From contig BOKM01000001.1 in the NCBI GenBank assembly GCA_016860985.1, positions 317,716 through 381,715 on the forward strand: a stretch of DNA of 64,000 bases, read 5' to 3'. The notes beneath the pieces were generated by a model, which worked only from the letters and a program-made list of their open reading frames with translations, was not told the origin of the DNA and ran no database searches. A program made the position numbers and the translations under genes. The number at the start of each line of letters is the position of its first letter. Position 1 is the stretch's first letter. Source of the DNA: Patescibacteria group bacterium (GTDB lineage: Bacteria > Patescibacteriota > Dojkabacteria > GCA-002793355). This document shows positions 29,144 to 38,794 of the stretch, piece after piece.

Positions 29144-29698
29144 CTACTCCATTCGGTCACAGACACCATCTTTGTCAGTATCGACAAATCCGGCACCGTT
29201 TCTTCCTTGTCCTTGTCCTTGACCTTGGCCTTTACCTGAGCCGCGTGTCCCTTGTCCAAGTCCAAGCTCTGCTCTTAATTTTGCTGCTTCTGCAGTTTTA
29301 CCTTCTTTTGAAAGAAGCCATGCTTGCGCAAATTTATCGAACTCAGACTGAGTGTCAATTTTGCTCAAGACACCTGGAGTTCTTCCATTTTCGGTCATTA
29401 ATTTTTTCCATCCTGCAAAATCCTTATTTTTCATGACCTTCTCTAAGGCAGCCTCTCGTTCTTCTGTATGATATGGTCCGACTTTGGTCATATCACCTCG
29501 ATATGCAGCTACGTGTGGCATCCCGAAATAAGTGACACCTGCGATTGCAGTAATTGCGACCGCACCAAGAAGTAGTGTTTTATTCATTTTCATAAGTAAA
29601 TCAATTATTTTATCTTTATGAGATGAGCTCTCTCTACCTATGTATACGCAATCTGTTACCGTTTCCTTGCATCCCCTTTCCTTTTCCTTCCCACTCAA
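29144..29698 (-). CDS. secreted protein with (GQ)n repeat and thrombospondin-type-3-like Ca-binding motif
   Basis: Internal Met MKMNKTLLLGAVAITAIAG signal-like. C-terminus GQGTRGSGKGQGQGQGQGRNGAGFVDTDKDGVCD. Confidence 0.45.
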   Translation of the reverse strand: MSGKEKERGCKETVTDCVYIGRESSSHKDKIIDLLMKMNKTLLLGAVAITAIAGVTYFGMPHVAAYRGDMTKVGPYHTEEREAALEKVMKNKDFAGWKKLMTENGRTPGVLSKIDTQSEFDKFAQAWLLSKEGKTAEAAKLRAELGLGQGTRGSGKGQGQGQGQGRNGAGFVDTDKDGVCDRME

Positions 29699-30359
29699 TT
29701 ACTTCTGAAGCAGTAAACTCCCCCTCTCGTTCCTTTTGTCCAAGTACTTTTACAAAGGTCCCCGATGTAACAGTTGGTGTAAGTGCTTCAGGGGCAGCAA
29801 GGTTCACATTCCATATTTCGCCATACATATCACTTAAAACAAAACTGCTTTCAGAGTGTATTTTGGTGATTCGCCCCGCAATCCTTCCATCTTCAACACT
29901 CATCCATCGGCGGCCACGAGTATCCCCAAATTGTGAATATCCTGGAACAGTCGACAATAAGCCAACATTAACGATTCGTCCTATGCCATAAACGAACAAC
30001 CCTACACCTGCGATTAAGGAAATAGTTATAGCAAGGAGGAGCATTTTTAAGGTCTTCCAACGATAGCCGCCTTCAGAATGAACAAAATTGTGATACGCAA
30101 CAAAAAGAAAGATCAGAATTACAGCAAACCATAGATAGGGAATATTTGATGCAGTTCCGAGGATCCCAACTGGTTGTGCTCCTTCAAAAGGCGAAAACCA
30201 TACATGCAACATAACCGCGATTGAAATTATTCCCAAAATCGCACTGATTAGGGAAAGACTAAAGACAACACGGTTTCGTAAAAGGATTTTCCATTTGGGG
30301 ACTGGAACAATCTTCTGCTCCTTAATGTTTTGTAAAATTTTGCTACTGAGTTCGCTCAT
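29634..30359 (-). CDS. 4-TM membrane protein co-transcribed with ECF sigma factor (possible non-canonical anti-sigma/regulator)
   Basis: Overlaps the sigma gene end by 17 nt. Four hydrophobic helices, then a soluble C-terminal domain. No classic HxxxCxxC anti-sigma motif. Confidence 0.45.
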   Translation of the reverse strand: MSELSSKILQNIKEQKIVPVPKWKILLRNRVVFSLSLISAILGIISIAVMLHVWFSPFEGAQPVGILGTASNIPYLWFAVILIFLFVAYHNFVHSEGGYRWKTLKMLLLAITISLIAGVGLFVYGIGRIVNVGLLSTVPGYSQFGDTRGRRWMSVEDGRIAGRITKIHSESSFVLSDMYGEIWNVNLAAPEALTPTVTSGTFVKVLGQKEREGEFTASEVIEWEGKGKGMQGNGNRLRIHR

Positions 30360-30909
30360 GATGTAGCCCCTTTTTTAGTTTATTTTTTGCTCTATGTAAC
30401 AGCGAAGCGATTGAACCTTCGGGCATTTTTAAGATATTTGAAATCTCTGAATATTCTTTTTCTTCGCAATATCGTAAGACCAAAACTTCTCTTTCAAGTA
30501 CAGAGAGAGACTCCATCTCTTTTTTTACGCTCTCTAGCTCTAGTAATTTCGCAACTTGTGCTTCTACATCAAAATCACTTTCAATGTTTTCCCATTGATT
30601 TTCTTCCTCCTCGTTGTTTTGAAGTTCTACCGAGAATTTCTTACGGTTTCGTCTCAAAAAAGACATTGCTTTGTTATGTGCGATGGCATAAAGCCACGTA
30701 GAAAGTGAGTACGCTGGATTGTAACTATTGAGATAGCGATATGCTGCAATAAAGATTTCTTGTAAAAGATCTTCTCTATCTTCTTTCACCGCAAAAATGA
30801 TTCGTTGCAAATATGCATCTAATTGATACTCGAACTTTACAACGATTGCTCCAAAAGCATCGGCCGAAGCTAGTGCATTCTTAACCAATTCTCTGTCTGA
30901 CGGATTCAT
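30343..30909 (-). CDS. RNA polymerase sigma-70 family (ECF-type) sigma factor
   Basis: Region 2 QEIFIAAYRYLNSYNPAYSLSTWLYAIAHNKAMSFLRR; region 4 HTH EREVLVLRYCEEKEYSEISNILKMPEGSIASLLHRAKNKL. Confidence 0.8.
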   Translation of the reverse strand: MNPSDRELVKNALASADAFGAIVVKFEYQLDAYLQRIIFAVKEDREDLLQEIFIAAYRYLNSYNPAYSLSTWLYAIAHNKAMSFLRRNRKKFSVELQNNEEEENQWENIESDFDVEAQVAKLLELESVKKEMESLSVLEREVLVLRYCEEKEYSEISNILKMPEGSIASLLHRAKNKLKKGLHHERTQ

Positions 30910-30941
30910 CGTTTTATTATACGCTTAAATGTAGCAAAAAA

Positions 30942-31532
30942 TTGCAACATGAAATGTACGGTATAATACATATGCAGCTCATTTTAGTGCGGCATTCAAA
31001 AACCTTACAAGAAAAATCAAAGTCGAACCTTTTGTGGCAGCTTTCTTCCGAAGGCATACAACTTGCCGACGCATTGTCCCAGAACCAACTTATCAAAAAC
31101 ATAGAGTGCTTATACACAAGTGATCAAACAAAGGCGCTGCAAACCGCACTTTTGCTCGCAAAGGATAATTACATTCCGATAAAAATCTTCCCTCAGCTTA
31201 CAGAAGCGACCTCAATTACAAACGGGTACTTTGAAAACTACGAATCGCGAGTTACACAATGGCACAACACAAAAGAAGACCGCATTAACAATGGCGAAAC
31301 TGCAAAAGAGGCACTCGCACGTTTTAACGAAACAATCAAAAATATTGTAGAATCGTCACAGAGTATTTATCCCTGTATTGGTATTGTGAGTCACGCGAAT
31401 GTTTTATCGCTTTATACTGCACAATTCGAAGATAGGACTTCTTCAGAAATTCATTCACACATTCGAATGCCTGACATTGCTGTTCTAGACTGGGATGAAC
31501 ATAGATTAATTAAAAGATTTGGTTATGATTAA
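30942..31532 (+). CDS. histidine phosphatase (phosphoglycerate mutase) family protein
   Basis: N-terminal LILVRHSKT (RHG-type catalytic His motif) and a later conserved His (GIVSHANV). Confidence 0.55.
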   Translation: MQHEMYGIIHMQLILVRHSKTLQEKSKSNLLWQLSSEGIQLADALSQNQLIKNIECLYTSDQTKALQTALLLAKDNYIPIKIFPQLTEATSITNGYFENYESRVTQWHNTKEDRINNGETAKEALARFNETIKNIVESSQSIYPCIGIVSHANVLSLYTAQFEDRTSSEIHSHIRMPDIAVLDWDEHRLIKRFGYD

Positions 31533-32130
31533 AGGAATATGCTTTGACCTTGATGGTGTATATTTCAAAAGCACTGGAATTAAAGGATTCGTTCAAGAAT
31601 TAACCAAGCTTTGCGGTGATGAGCAAAAAGCACTCCATGCAATGTTGTGGGATGAAGAAATTAATCAATTTAAGCAAGGAATATTATCCGAACAGGATTT
31701 TTGGAGCTACGTGAACACTTATCTTGGATTATCACTTACCGTTCCGGAATACGCTTCATTACTCGGTAAACATTACGAAATCGATTCGAATATTCAAAAA
31801 ATCGTGCAAAAAGTTAGAAAGCTCGGATACAAAACTCTAATTTGCTCAAACAACTACCCGACACGAATACGGATACTTCAAGAAAAGTTTGATTTTTTTA
31901 GCGACTTTGATGTTCGTATTTTCTCGTACGAAGTTGGCATTACAAAACCAGATATCAGAATTTTTAAAAAACTGATAGAAGCAAGCGGTTTGGAAGCAAA
32001 CGAGATAGTGTACGCAGATGACCAAGAAAACAAACTCACTGGAGCAAATGCGTTAGGCATCAACACAACACTCTATACGACTTTTGAGGCCTACCAGCAG
32101 TATCTTATCTCTCTAGGAGTGCTCTTATGA
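31519..32130 (+). CDS. HAD-superfamily hydrolase
   Basis: Motif I ICFDLDGVYF (DxDG); downstream motifs, including D near YADDQEN. Confidence 0.65.
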   Translation: MVMIKGICFDLDGVYFKSTGIKGFVQELTKLCGDEQKALHAMLWDEEINQFKQGILSEQDFWSYVNTYLGLSLTVPEYASLLGKHYEIDSNIQKIVQKVRKLGYKTLICSNNYPTRIRILQEKFDFFSDFDVRIFSYEVGITKPDIRIFKKLIEASGLEANEIVYADDQENKLTGANALGINTTLYTTFEAYQQYLISLGVLL

Positions 32131-32729
32131 AGCCGTTGTTAACTATCTTAACTCCTGGGTACGCACATCAGGGGAACGGCGATACTTACGTTGCTTCGCC
32201 GACCTGTTCACTTTTGCAATATAATGACAAGAATTACATTATCGACCCTGCTTGCAACCCCGAACTACTTCTCAGCGCACTTACTAAACATTCGCTGGCT
32301 ACAAACGATATTCACGCAATCTTTTTGACCCATTATCATCTTGATCACTTGCTCAACATCCGACTTTTCCCGCACACTCCGCTGTACGACGGCTCAATGA
32401 AATGGGATAGCGATAATGAAACTCCCTATACTGACTATTGGCTCACCCCCGAATTTAAGGTATTGCATACACCAGGTCATGCAAGTGAGCAATATTCATT
32501 GTTAGTCGATACTGAAAATTACGGATTAGTATGTATCGCACAAGATGTATTTTGGTGGGAAGATGGAAAACAGCGTTCAGATACGGTTTCCGACCTGCTT
32601 GACTTGGTAGACCCGTTTGCTGCAAATACCACCGAGTTAAGAGCCTCACGACAACTCGTTTTAGAAAGTGGCGCCACATGGATAATTCCCGGTCACGGAA
32701 CTATATTCAAAAATCCATATAATGGTTAG
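32127..32729 (+). CDS. MBL-fold metallo-hydrolase
   Basis: HxHxDH motif LTHYHLDH; additional His (HTPGH) and Asp ligands. Confidence 0.65.
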   Translation: MKPLLTILTPGYAHQGNGDTYVASPTCSLLQYNDKNYIIDPACNPELLLSALTKHSLATNDIHAIFLTHYHLDHLLNIRLFPHTPLYDGSMKWDSDNETPYTDYWLTPEFKVLHTPGHASEQYSLLVDTENYGLVCIAQDVFWWEDGKQRSDTVSDLLDLVDPFAANTTELRASRQLVLESGATWIIPGHGTIFKNPYNG

Positions 32730-33063
32730 TCGGTTTGGTGGCGAACTGAGGTTTGAAAGTGATTACTTTCCAGAAACTGTTGCTGCTGGAATAGAAAACG
32801 AGCTAAGAGATGCACTTGAATCAATTGCTGCTGAAGGAGCGAATGCGAGTGCTGCATACCAAGGGAAACAAAATTACCTGGCAATTGGCGAGGTTGGAAG
32901 ATTAAAAGATGAACATGTTGGAAAAGAAATGAAAGTCATTTCACAAGTTGTCGGAGAAGCCCTAGATTGCGCACCAAGCAGTGTACGAGTCTCTTTTACA
33001 GACGACGTTTGGGTATTATCCGTTCATCTCACGCGTTACACGATAGAACCTAAGACGGACTAG
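32722..33063 (+). CDS. hypothetical protein
   Basis: 113-aa ORF overlapping the MBL stop; no motif. Confidence 0.3.
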   Translation: MVSRFGGELRFESDYFPETVAAGIENELRDALESIAAEGANASAAYQGKQNYLAIGEVGRLKDEHVGKEMKVISQVVGEALDCAPSSVRVSFTDDVWVLSVHLTRYTIEPKTD

Positions 33064-33970
33064 ACATCAACAGCTTTATCCATTCTTTTCGAAGGCGCAA
33101 GGCTTGCAGTTTGTTTCCAGAAAGTCCAAATTGCTCTAAAATTTCCCGCGTTTTCATATTTTTAGCCTGAACAAAGGTTAGACCCTGCTTAATACTTGGA
33201 ACAGTGATAAAGGCATATTTTTGCTCGCACTCTCCTAACAGTTTTTGGAATTCAGCTTGATATTGTTGAAAGATTTCTGCCCCATTCCATAACTCGAGCT
33301 GACCAATTACCCATGACTCGCCCTCCACCTCGAGGATTTTCAAATCTCTTTTGACTGCCGAAATTGGGTCATTTAAAATGCCTTGCTGCAATGATTCAAA
33401 GTACGTTTCGTGCCAATTTTGATCGAGATTAGCAAGAGGAGACAGTAGCTCCAGCGCTTTAATATCTCTCTCAGTGGTAACCGAAGCTTTCAGATTAAGA
33501 GAATTTGCAAATATCGCAGTGTATAACAACCGAAGGCTCGACAATTCTATCGAAGCAAGAAGATTCTTTTGCACTGCCTCCTCTACAATAAAGGTCGCGC
33601 AAGCACCCATCTTTTCAACATGAGCATTTTCCCCCAACTTCTCATTCCAGTACTTTTCAAATCCAAAATGATGATCGTATACCGCAATCACCTTATCTTC
33701 ATTAACAAACTGTGCAAAATATTCTTTTTCAGAAATGTCTTGCAGAACAAACTTATCTTCTGGTTGTTCGGAATACTCGGTCTCAAACGCACCGCCCCAA
33801 GCTTTAACTTCGGGAATAATTGACTCATTTAATACACCAGGAAGAATGGCGACCGCTTCTTTTCCCTCTTTTCTCAATAAGTCTGCATACGCAATACAAC
33901 AGGCGTAGCCATCCAATTCAGTATAACTTTTGCCAGTAGTTACAATTATCCTCATGAACGATTGTAGCAC
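33050..33970 (-). CDS. DHH-family phosphoesterase (possibly family-II inorganic pyrophosphatase-like)
   Basis: 306 aa; DHH motif in AVYDHHFG; N-terminal Asp/His-rich region. Confidence 0.45.
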   Translation of the reverse strand: MLQSFMRIIVTTGKSYTELDGYACCIAYADLLRKEGKEAVAILPGVLNESIIPEVKAWGGAFETEYSEQPEDKFVLQDISEKEYFAQFVNEDKVIAVYDHHFGFEKYWNEKLGENAHVEKMGACATFIVEEAVQKNLLASIELSSLRLLYTAIFANSLNLKASVTTERDIKALELLSPLANLDQNWHETYFESLQQGILNDPISAVKRDLKILEVEGESWVIGQLELWNGAEIFQQYQAEFQKLLGECEQKYAFITVPSIKQGLTFVQAKNMKTREILEQFGLSGNKLQALRLRKEWIKLLMSSPS

Positions 33971-33978
33971 TTGGCGAA

Positions 33979-34215
33979 TTAGACTGTGATATCTACAGTC
34001 ATTGCCCTAAAGGGATTCCCAGTATAAATGCGAATACTCGAGTGGTCTGCTGGGAGCTTGTCTTCGGGCTGTACGTACATTCTTTTTACGATTTCGTCTC
34101 CCTCAACAATTATTGGCTCATCTTCGTTGAAAGTTTGACTCCCGGGGATGTAAGAAAACTGCCCATCTACCTGGGTTTCTCGTTTCTTTCGTTTGAATAA
34201 GTCAAACAACCACAT
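33979..34215 (-). CDS. hypothetical small protein
   Basis: 78-aa ORF between the DHH gene and the dnaK terminator. Confidence 0.25.
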   Translation of the reverse strand: MWLFDLFKRKKRETQVDGQFSYIPGSQTFNEDEPIIVEGDEIVKRMYVQPEDKLPADHSSIRIYTGNPFRAMTVDITV

Positions 34216-34248
34216 AGTAACATGATAGCAGAATTACAAATGGGTTTG

Positions 34249-34278
34249 GTAAGCGGCCCCCGTGCGGGGGCCGCTTAC
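34249..34278. terminator. GC-rich perfect 13-bp hairpin downstream of dnaK (probable terminator)
   Basis: GTAAGCGGCCCCC gtgc GGGGGCCGCTTAC. Strikingly GC-rich in an AT-leaning region. Lacks a strong U-tract. Confidence 0.45.
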
Positions 34279-34285
34279 TCTTAAA

Positions 34286-36184
34286 CTACTGAACGACTTC
34301 GCCTTCTACTGGACCTTGTTTTGGCTCTTCTGGCTTTGCTTCTTCAGTTGGTTGGCTTTCGGTTGGTGCGCTTGCTTTGTAAGCTCGTTCACCAATTTCT
34401 TGCAGTGTTTTGCTCAGGTCTTCAGCTTTAGTTTTTAGTTCTTCTTTGTCGAGCTGAGCAACGTCTTTTGCCAACAATTCCCGAACTTCTTTGACTTTCT
34501 CCTCGACCTTCTTTTTGTCGTCTTCCGTGACCTTATCTTTAAGGTCGTTCATCGTTTTTTCTGCAATGAAGGTAAGGGAGTCTGCGTTGTTGCGAATTTC
34601 AGCCACTTCTTTTCGCTGCTTATCATCTTCTGCATGCTTCTCTGCTTCTTCGACAAGCTTTGTTACTTCATCGTCTGAAAGACCGGTAGAAGCGGTAATT
34701 GTAACTTTCTGCTCTTTACCAGTAGCGGTATCTTTTGCGCTTACGTTCAAAATACCGTTTGCATCGATTTTATACATAATCTCAATCTGTGGTACTCCTC
34801 TAGGAGCAGGTGGAATACCATCAAGTATAAACTTTGCGAGTGTTTTGTTATCGGGTGCCATTGGGCGTTCACCTTGAAGAACATGCACTTCTGCCGATGG
34901 TTGATTGTCTGATGCTGTAGTAAAAGTTTGCTTCTTTTCCGTTGGAATTGTAGTGTTTCGCGGAATAAGTACCGTCATAACTCCACCCATTGTTTCAATT
35001 CCGAGGGAGAGCGGTGTGACATCAAGTAATGTAATGTCGGTTACTTCGCCCTTTAACACGCCAGCTTGAACTGCTGCTCCAAGAGCAACAACTTCGTCTG
35101 GGTTTACATCTTGCTTTGGTTCCTTACCAAAAATCTTGGTTACTTTTTCTCTGATTGCGGGCATTCGGGTCATACCACCAACAAGAATCACTTCGTCGAT
35201 ATCCGACGTACTTAACTTTGCGTCTGAAAGTGCTTTTTTACAAGGAGCTTCAACGCGTTCAATAAGCTCATTCGTTAATTTTTCTAACTCTGAACGAGTC
35301 ATTTTGCGCATGAGATGCTTTGGACCTTCTTTTGTAGCGGTTATGTATGGAATATTGATGTTGGTTTCTTGCGCTTGCGAAAGTTCAATCTTTGCTTTTT
35401 CGGCTGCTTCTTTAAGTCTTTGCAAGGCAGCGCTATCATCTTTCAAATCAATACCCTCTTTATCTTTAAACTCCTTTGCGAGCATATCGATGAGTAACTG
35501 ATCCCAGTCGTCTCCACCAAGATGAGTGTCACCATTAGTCGAAAGTACCTCAAATACGCCATCTCCGACTTCGAGAATAGACACGTCAAACGTTCCACCT
35601 CCAAGGTCAAATACAACTATTTTTCCATCTTTCTTTTTATCAATTCCATAGGCAAGTGCTGCAGCAGTTGGCTCATTTACAATTCGAAGGACGTTAAGCC
35701 CTGCAATCTTTCCTGCGTCTTTTGTTGCTTGTCGTTGTGAGTCGTCAAAGTATGCTGGAACGGTAATAACTGCTTCGGTCACTTTTTCTCCAAAATAGTT
35801 TTCGGCATCTTGTTTCATTTTCTGCAATACGCGTGCGGAGATTTCTTGTGGTTTGTACCACTTGTCATTCATTTTTAACTCTACTCCCCCGTGCTTGTCT
35901 TCTCGCATTTCGAATGGAAAGAGTTTGATATCTCGCTGAACTTCTTCATCCTTCCAACGTCGTCCAATAAGTCGCTTAATTGAATAAATTGTGTTCTTTG
36001 GGTTTAAAACTGCCTGGTTTTTTGCGGTAACTCCAACAATTGACTCATGGTCATTCCCTTCTGCTACAACCGAAGGAGTGAGGTTAGAGCCTTGTTGGTT
36101 TGGTATCACCCGAGGAGTACCACCCTGCATAACGGCCATTACGGAGTTTGTTGTTCCGAGGTCAATTCCTAATATTTTTCCCAT
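34286..36184 (-). CDS. dnaK: molecular chaperone DnaK (Hsp70)
   Basis: [41 protein letters not shown]; full-length 632 aa. Confidence 0.95.
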   Translation of the reverse strand: MGKILGIDLGTTNSVMAVMQGGTPRVIPNQQGSNLTPSVVAEGNDHESIVGVTAKNQAVLNPKNTIYSIKRLIGRRWKDEEVQRDIKLFPFEMREDKHGGVELKMNDKWYKPQEISARVLQKMKQDAENYFGEKVTEAVITVPAYFDDSQRQATKDAGKIAGLNVLRIVNEPTAAALAYGIDKKKDGKIVVFDLGGGTFDVSILEVGDGVFEVLSTNGDTHLGGDDWDQLLIDMLAKEFKDKEGIDLKDDSAALQRLKEAAEKAKIELSQAQETNINIPYITATKEGPKHLMRKMTRSELEKLTNELIERVEAPCKKALSDAKLSTSDIDEVILVGGMTRMPAIREKVTKIFGKEPKQDVNPDEVVALGAAVQAGVLKGEVTDITLLDVTPLSLGIETMGGVMTVLIPRNTTIPTEKKQTFTTASDNQPSAEVHVLQGERPMAPDNKTLAKFILDGIPPAPRGVPQIEIMYKIDANGILNVSAKDTATGKEQKVTITASTGLSDDEVTKLVEEAEKHAEDDKQRKEVAEIRNNADSLTFIAEKTMNDLKDKVTEDDKKKVEEKVKEVRELLAKDVAQLDKEELKTKAEDLSKTLQEIGERAYKASAPTESQPTEEAKPEEPKQGPVEGEVVQ

Positions 36185-36201
36185 ATTTTTATAATAATAA
36201 A

Positions 36202-36726
36202 TTATGCTGTTTTTCTATAAATCATGACGCGTGCTGGTTTAATAAGCACATCGCCAATACGGTAGCCAGGCTGAATTGTCTGAGCCACTTTGTTGTCATA
36301 TGTTTCGTGATTAACAATACCAAGTACTTCGGCATGCTTTGCCTCATACTCACTCCCTTCTTCAAAGGAAATTTCTGTTACTCCATGATTTTTGAGTAAG
36401 TCTTTATACTTTGACATAATATGAAGAATCCCGTGAATATGACTTTCTTCCTTCAAATTTGTTGGTAATTGTTCAACTGCAAAGAACAAGTCAGAAAAAA
36501 TTTCGATAAGATCGTTAAAAACATGTTTTTTAAGCATTGATTCCCGTAAATCTTGCTGCTTTTCAATTTCTTTTCTTATATTTTGATAATCTGCCAAAGC
36601 AGTTTTGAGTTTTGTGTCGAGATCGGTTACTTGCTCGGAGAGCTGTTCCACTTTGATTTGCAGTTCTTCTTGTTGTTTTTTCATTTCTAGCAGTCGCAAT
36701 ATAAGACTGCTAATAGGATAGCACAA
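36202..36726 (-). CDS. grpE: nucleotide exchange factor GrpE
   Basis: Coiled-coil N-terminus, [11 protein letters not shown] (GrpE DFxNxRKR-like), C-terminal beta region [14 protein letters not shown]. Immediately upstream of dnaK. Confidence 0.8.
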   Translation of the reverse strand: MCYPISSLILRLLEMKKQQEELQIKVEQLSEQVTDLDTKLKTALADYQNIRKEIEKQQDLRESMLKKHVFNDLIEIFSDLFFAVEQLPTNLKEESHIHGILHIMSKYKDLLKNHGVTEISFEEGSEYEAKHAEVLGIVNHETYDNKVAQTIQPGYRIGDVLIKPARVMIYRKTA

Positions 36727-36772
36727 AAAAAGATTGTGTCAAGATTTCGTGAGCTCTCAAATACAATTCTCT

Positions 36773-37315
36773 CTATTTTACCGAGCTCACTTTTGATGCT
36801 GGGATATTAAATCCACCAATTTCAAAAACGTCGACTCCAAGGACATACCCTTTGTTCAAGTCTCCGGTTGCACTATTAAACTCAAGGACCGTTCGGTCAA
36901 TAGCACGCTGAGCTTCACCTTCAGTAGCAAGACTGGCTACAGAAAGCGAAACATTTCCATCACTTTTTTCAAGAATGCCCACCTGAACTTCTTTACCGTC
37001 GATATCCTTTAGCACTGCAGTGGTAACTCGCGCTTGCAGTGTTGGACCATAAAGATTCTCACGAAGTGCACGAACTTGAATCTCACTTTCAATTTGCGGT
37101 GCTTTACCTAATTGACATAATTCTATTATTACTGCGTTAATCAATTTTAAGTCATGTTGCTGTTGAGAATCGAGCTCAAGCTCATTTGCCTTTTGTTGTT
37201 CAGCTATAGAAAGTTTATTCCACATTGAAAGAAATACACCTCGTACTTCTGCAATTTCAGCATTCCTAACCGCTGGCTCATACGACTCAATTCTTTTTGG
37301 TAGCGCTTTAATCAT
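36773..37315 (-). CDS. hypothetical protein (in hrcA position, not HrcA-like)
   Basis: 180 aa, co-oriented and tightly spaced with grpE. No motif. Confidence 0.4.
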   Translation of the reverse strand: MIKALPKRIESYEPAVRNAEIAEVRGVFLSMWNKLSIAEQQKANELELDSQQQHDLKLINAVIIELCQLGKAPQIESEIQVRALRENLYGPTLQARVTTAVLKDIDGKEVQVGILEKSDGNVSLSVASLATEGEAQRAIDRTVLEFNSATGDLNKGYVLGVDVFEIGGFNIPASKVSSVK

Positions 37316-37326
37316 TTGATTTCTAA

Positions 37327-38763
37327 TTAACTTAATTGAGAAAGTAATTTATTTTTTAAAAACAGTGATTTTTCTTCAAATCGCCCTGTGCCCGATTTCA
37401 ATTCAAATCTTATAGAAATTCGCTCAGCCACACCATCTCCTTTCTGGTCTAAAGTTGTTAGCACAACATCAACAGTGTTTCCCACTAATCCGTTGGGACC
37501 TGGGTTCTCAATAAACTCTACGCGATAACCAGGAATTTTATTTCTTCCTTTTTTCTTAGGTCCTCCAACATCCTTAAGCGAACAAATCTGTGCGTCTTCC
37601 TCAGGGTAATGCTCTACAACTGAAACTAAAGATTGAGTATCAGGCGAATTACTAACAATCTTTCGTGGAGTATGCGTAAAAAATGCACTTTTGCGATTTT
37701 CAGGAATCGTTGAGAGAAGTGCATGAAATGCGTCAAGAATATAGCCGTATGGAGTCTGGTCTTCAGCAACATTTCCTTTTTGTGCAACTTGATTACCGAT
37801 TTCGAGTATTCTTCCGTACATCTTGCCCACCTGTTCTTTGTGTGAGTCAACTTTTAATTTTCTAAGTGTATTTCCAGCAAGATATGGTTCGATAATTTTT
37901 CCAGTTTTTGACTTTAGGTCAAACTGAATACTGACCAAGCGAAGACTTGTTCTCTGATATTTCTCGTCCAATCTGTACGCATTTACTTGACACATTCCAT
38001 CGTTATTTCGTTCAATAACTTCATATTCGACAAAGTTATCACGAAATTTATTACGAGAAACACGAGTTTCGCCATCGACTTCATCAAAAGCATCAATAAA
38101 GTTACGCATTTTTACCATGTATCGCAACGCTTCTGCGATATCTGAATAAACAGATACATGCATTCCGGGGCCGTATTTTTTCAAAAACTCTTCTGATTCC
38201 TCTTCAATAGCTTTTCGGTCCAATATATTGGAGACAATACTCATAGTTTTTACATGCGTAGCATGTGGATCGACTTCCTCACTATGAGGTTCCGTTACAA
38301 AAACCACAAGATTGTCACTCGCCGTACTAACTGCATATGCAGTACCTGTTGAGGGAGCAGCTGTCAGCGAAAAGATTTTCACTCCAAATGAATCAACCCC
38401 TCGTTCTAATTCTTGTTCAAGTGATTGACCAGTAACATCATGTGCAACAACTGCATATTCCTTCTCGGTATCTTCGAATATATCAAACCTGTAGTCGTGC
38501 CCCTCAACGTGTGTAAAAAAAGTTGTTCTTCGATATCCCCTCCTTGGAACTTTCTTAGTTAACAGCACTTTTGGACTAATCTCATCGGGAGCAGCTAACA
38601 AGCGGTTAAATCCCTGCCTAAAGGATACGAGCGCAGTTTGAGTAATTGAATCTGTTGCACTTACATGGGTAACGGCCTCTTCTAATGCTAAAAACCTATG
38701 AACAGTCGCAATATCCAACATTGTTTCTCCATCCGAAACATTCGGCTGGGGCATATTTAGCAT
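37327..38763 (-). CDS. hypothetical protein (478 aa, soluble)
   Basis: Long ORF with good coding texture, 11 nt upstream of the 180-aa gene. No recognisable family. Confidence 0.45.
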   Translation of the reverse strand: MLNMPQPNVSDGETMLDIATVHRFLALEEAVTHVSATDSITQTALVSFRQGFNRLLAAPDEISPKVLLTKKVPRRGYRRTTFFTHVEGHDYRFDIFEDTEKEYAVVAHDVTGQSLEQELERGVDSFGVKIFSLTAAPSTGTAYAVSTASDNLVVFVTEPHSEEVDPHATHVKTMSIVSNILDRKAIEEESEEFLKKYGPGMHVSVYSDIAEALRYMVKMRNFIDAFDEVDGETRVSRNKFRDNFVEYEVIERNNDGMCQVNAYRLDEKYQRTSLRLVSIQFDLKSKTGKIIEPYLAGNTLRKLKVDSHKEQVGKMYGRILEIGNQVAQKGNVAEDQTPYGYILDAFHALLSTIPENRKSAFFTHTPRKIVSNSPDTQSLVSVVEHYPEEDAQICSLKDVGGPKKKGRNKIPGYRVEFIENPGPNGLVGNTVDVVLTTLDQKGDGVAERISIRFELKSGTGRFEEKSLFLKNKLLSQLS

Positions 38764-38794
38764 TCAGAATTATACCATTTTAGCCCTATAGCAA

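Noticed and set aside
34491-36399. Several antisense ORFs inside dnaK (60-128 aa), with similar ones inside rpoB, rpoC, infB and nusA
   Set aside because: They lie entirely within strongly supported conserved genes on the opposite strand. They are typical shadow ORFs.
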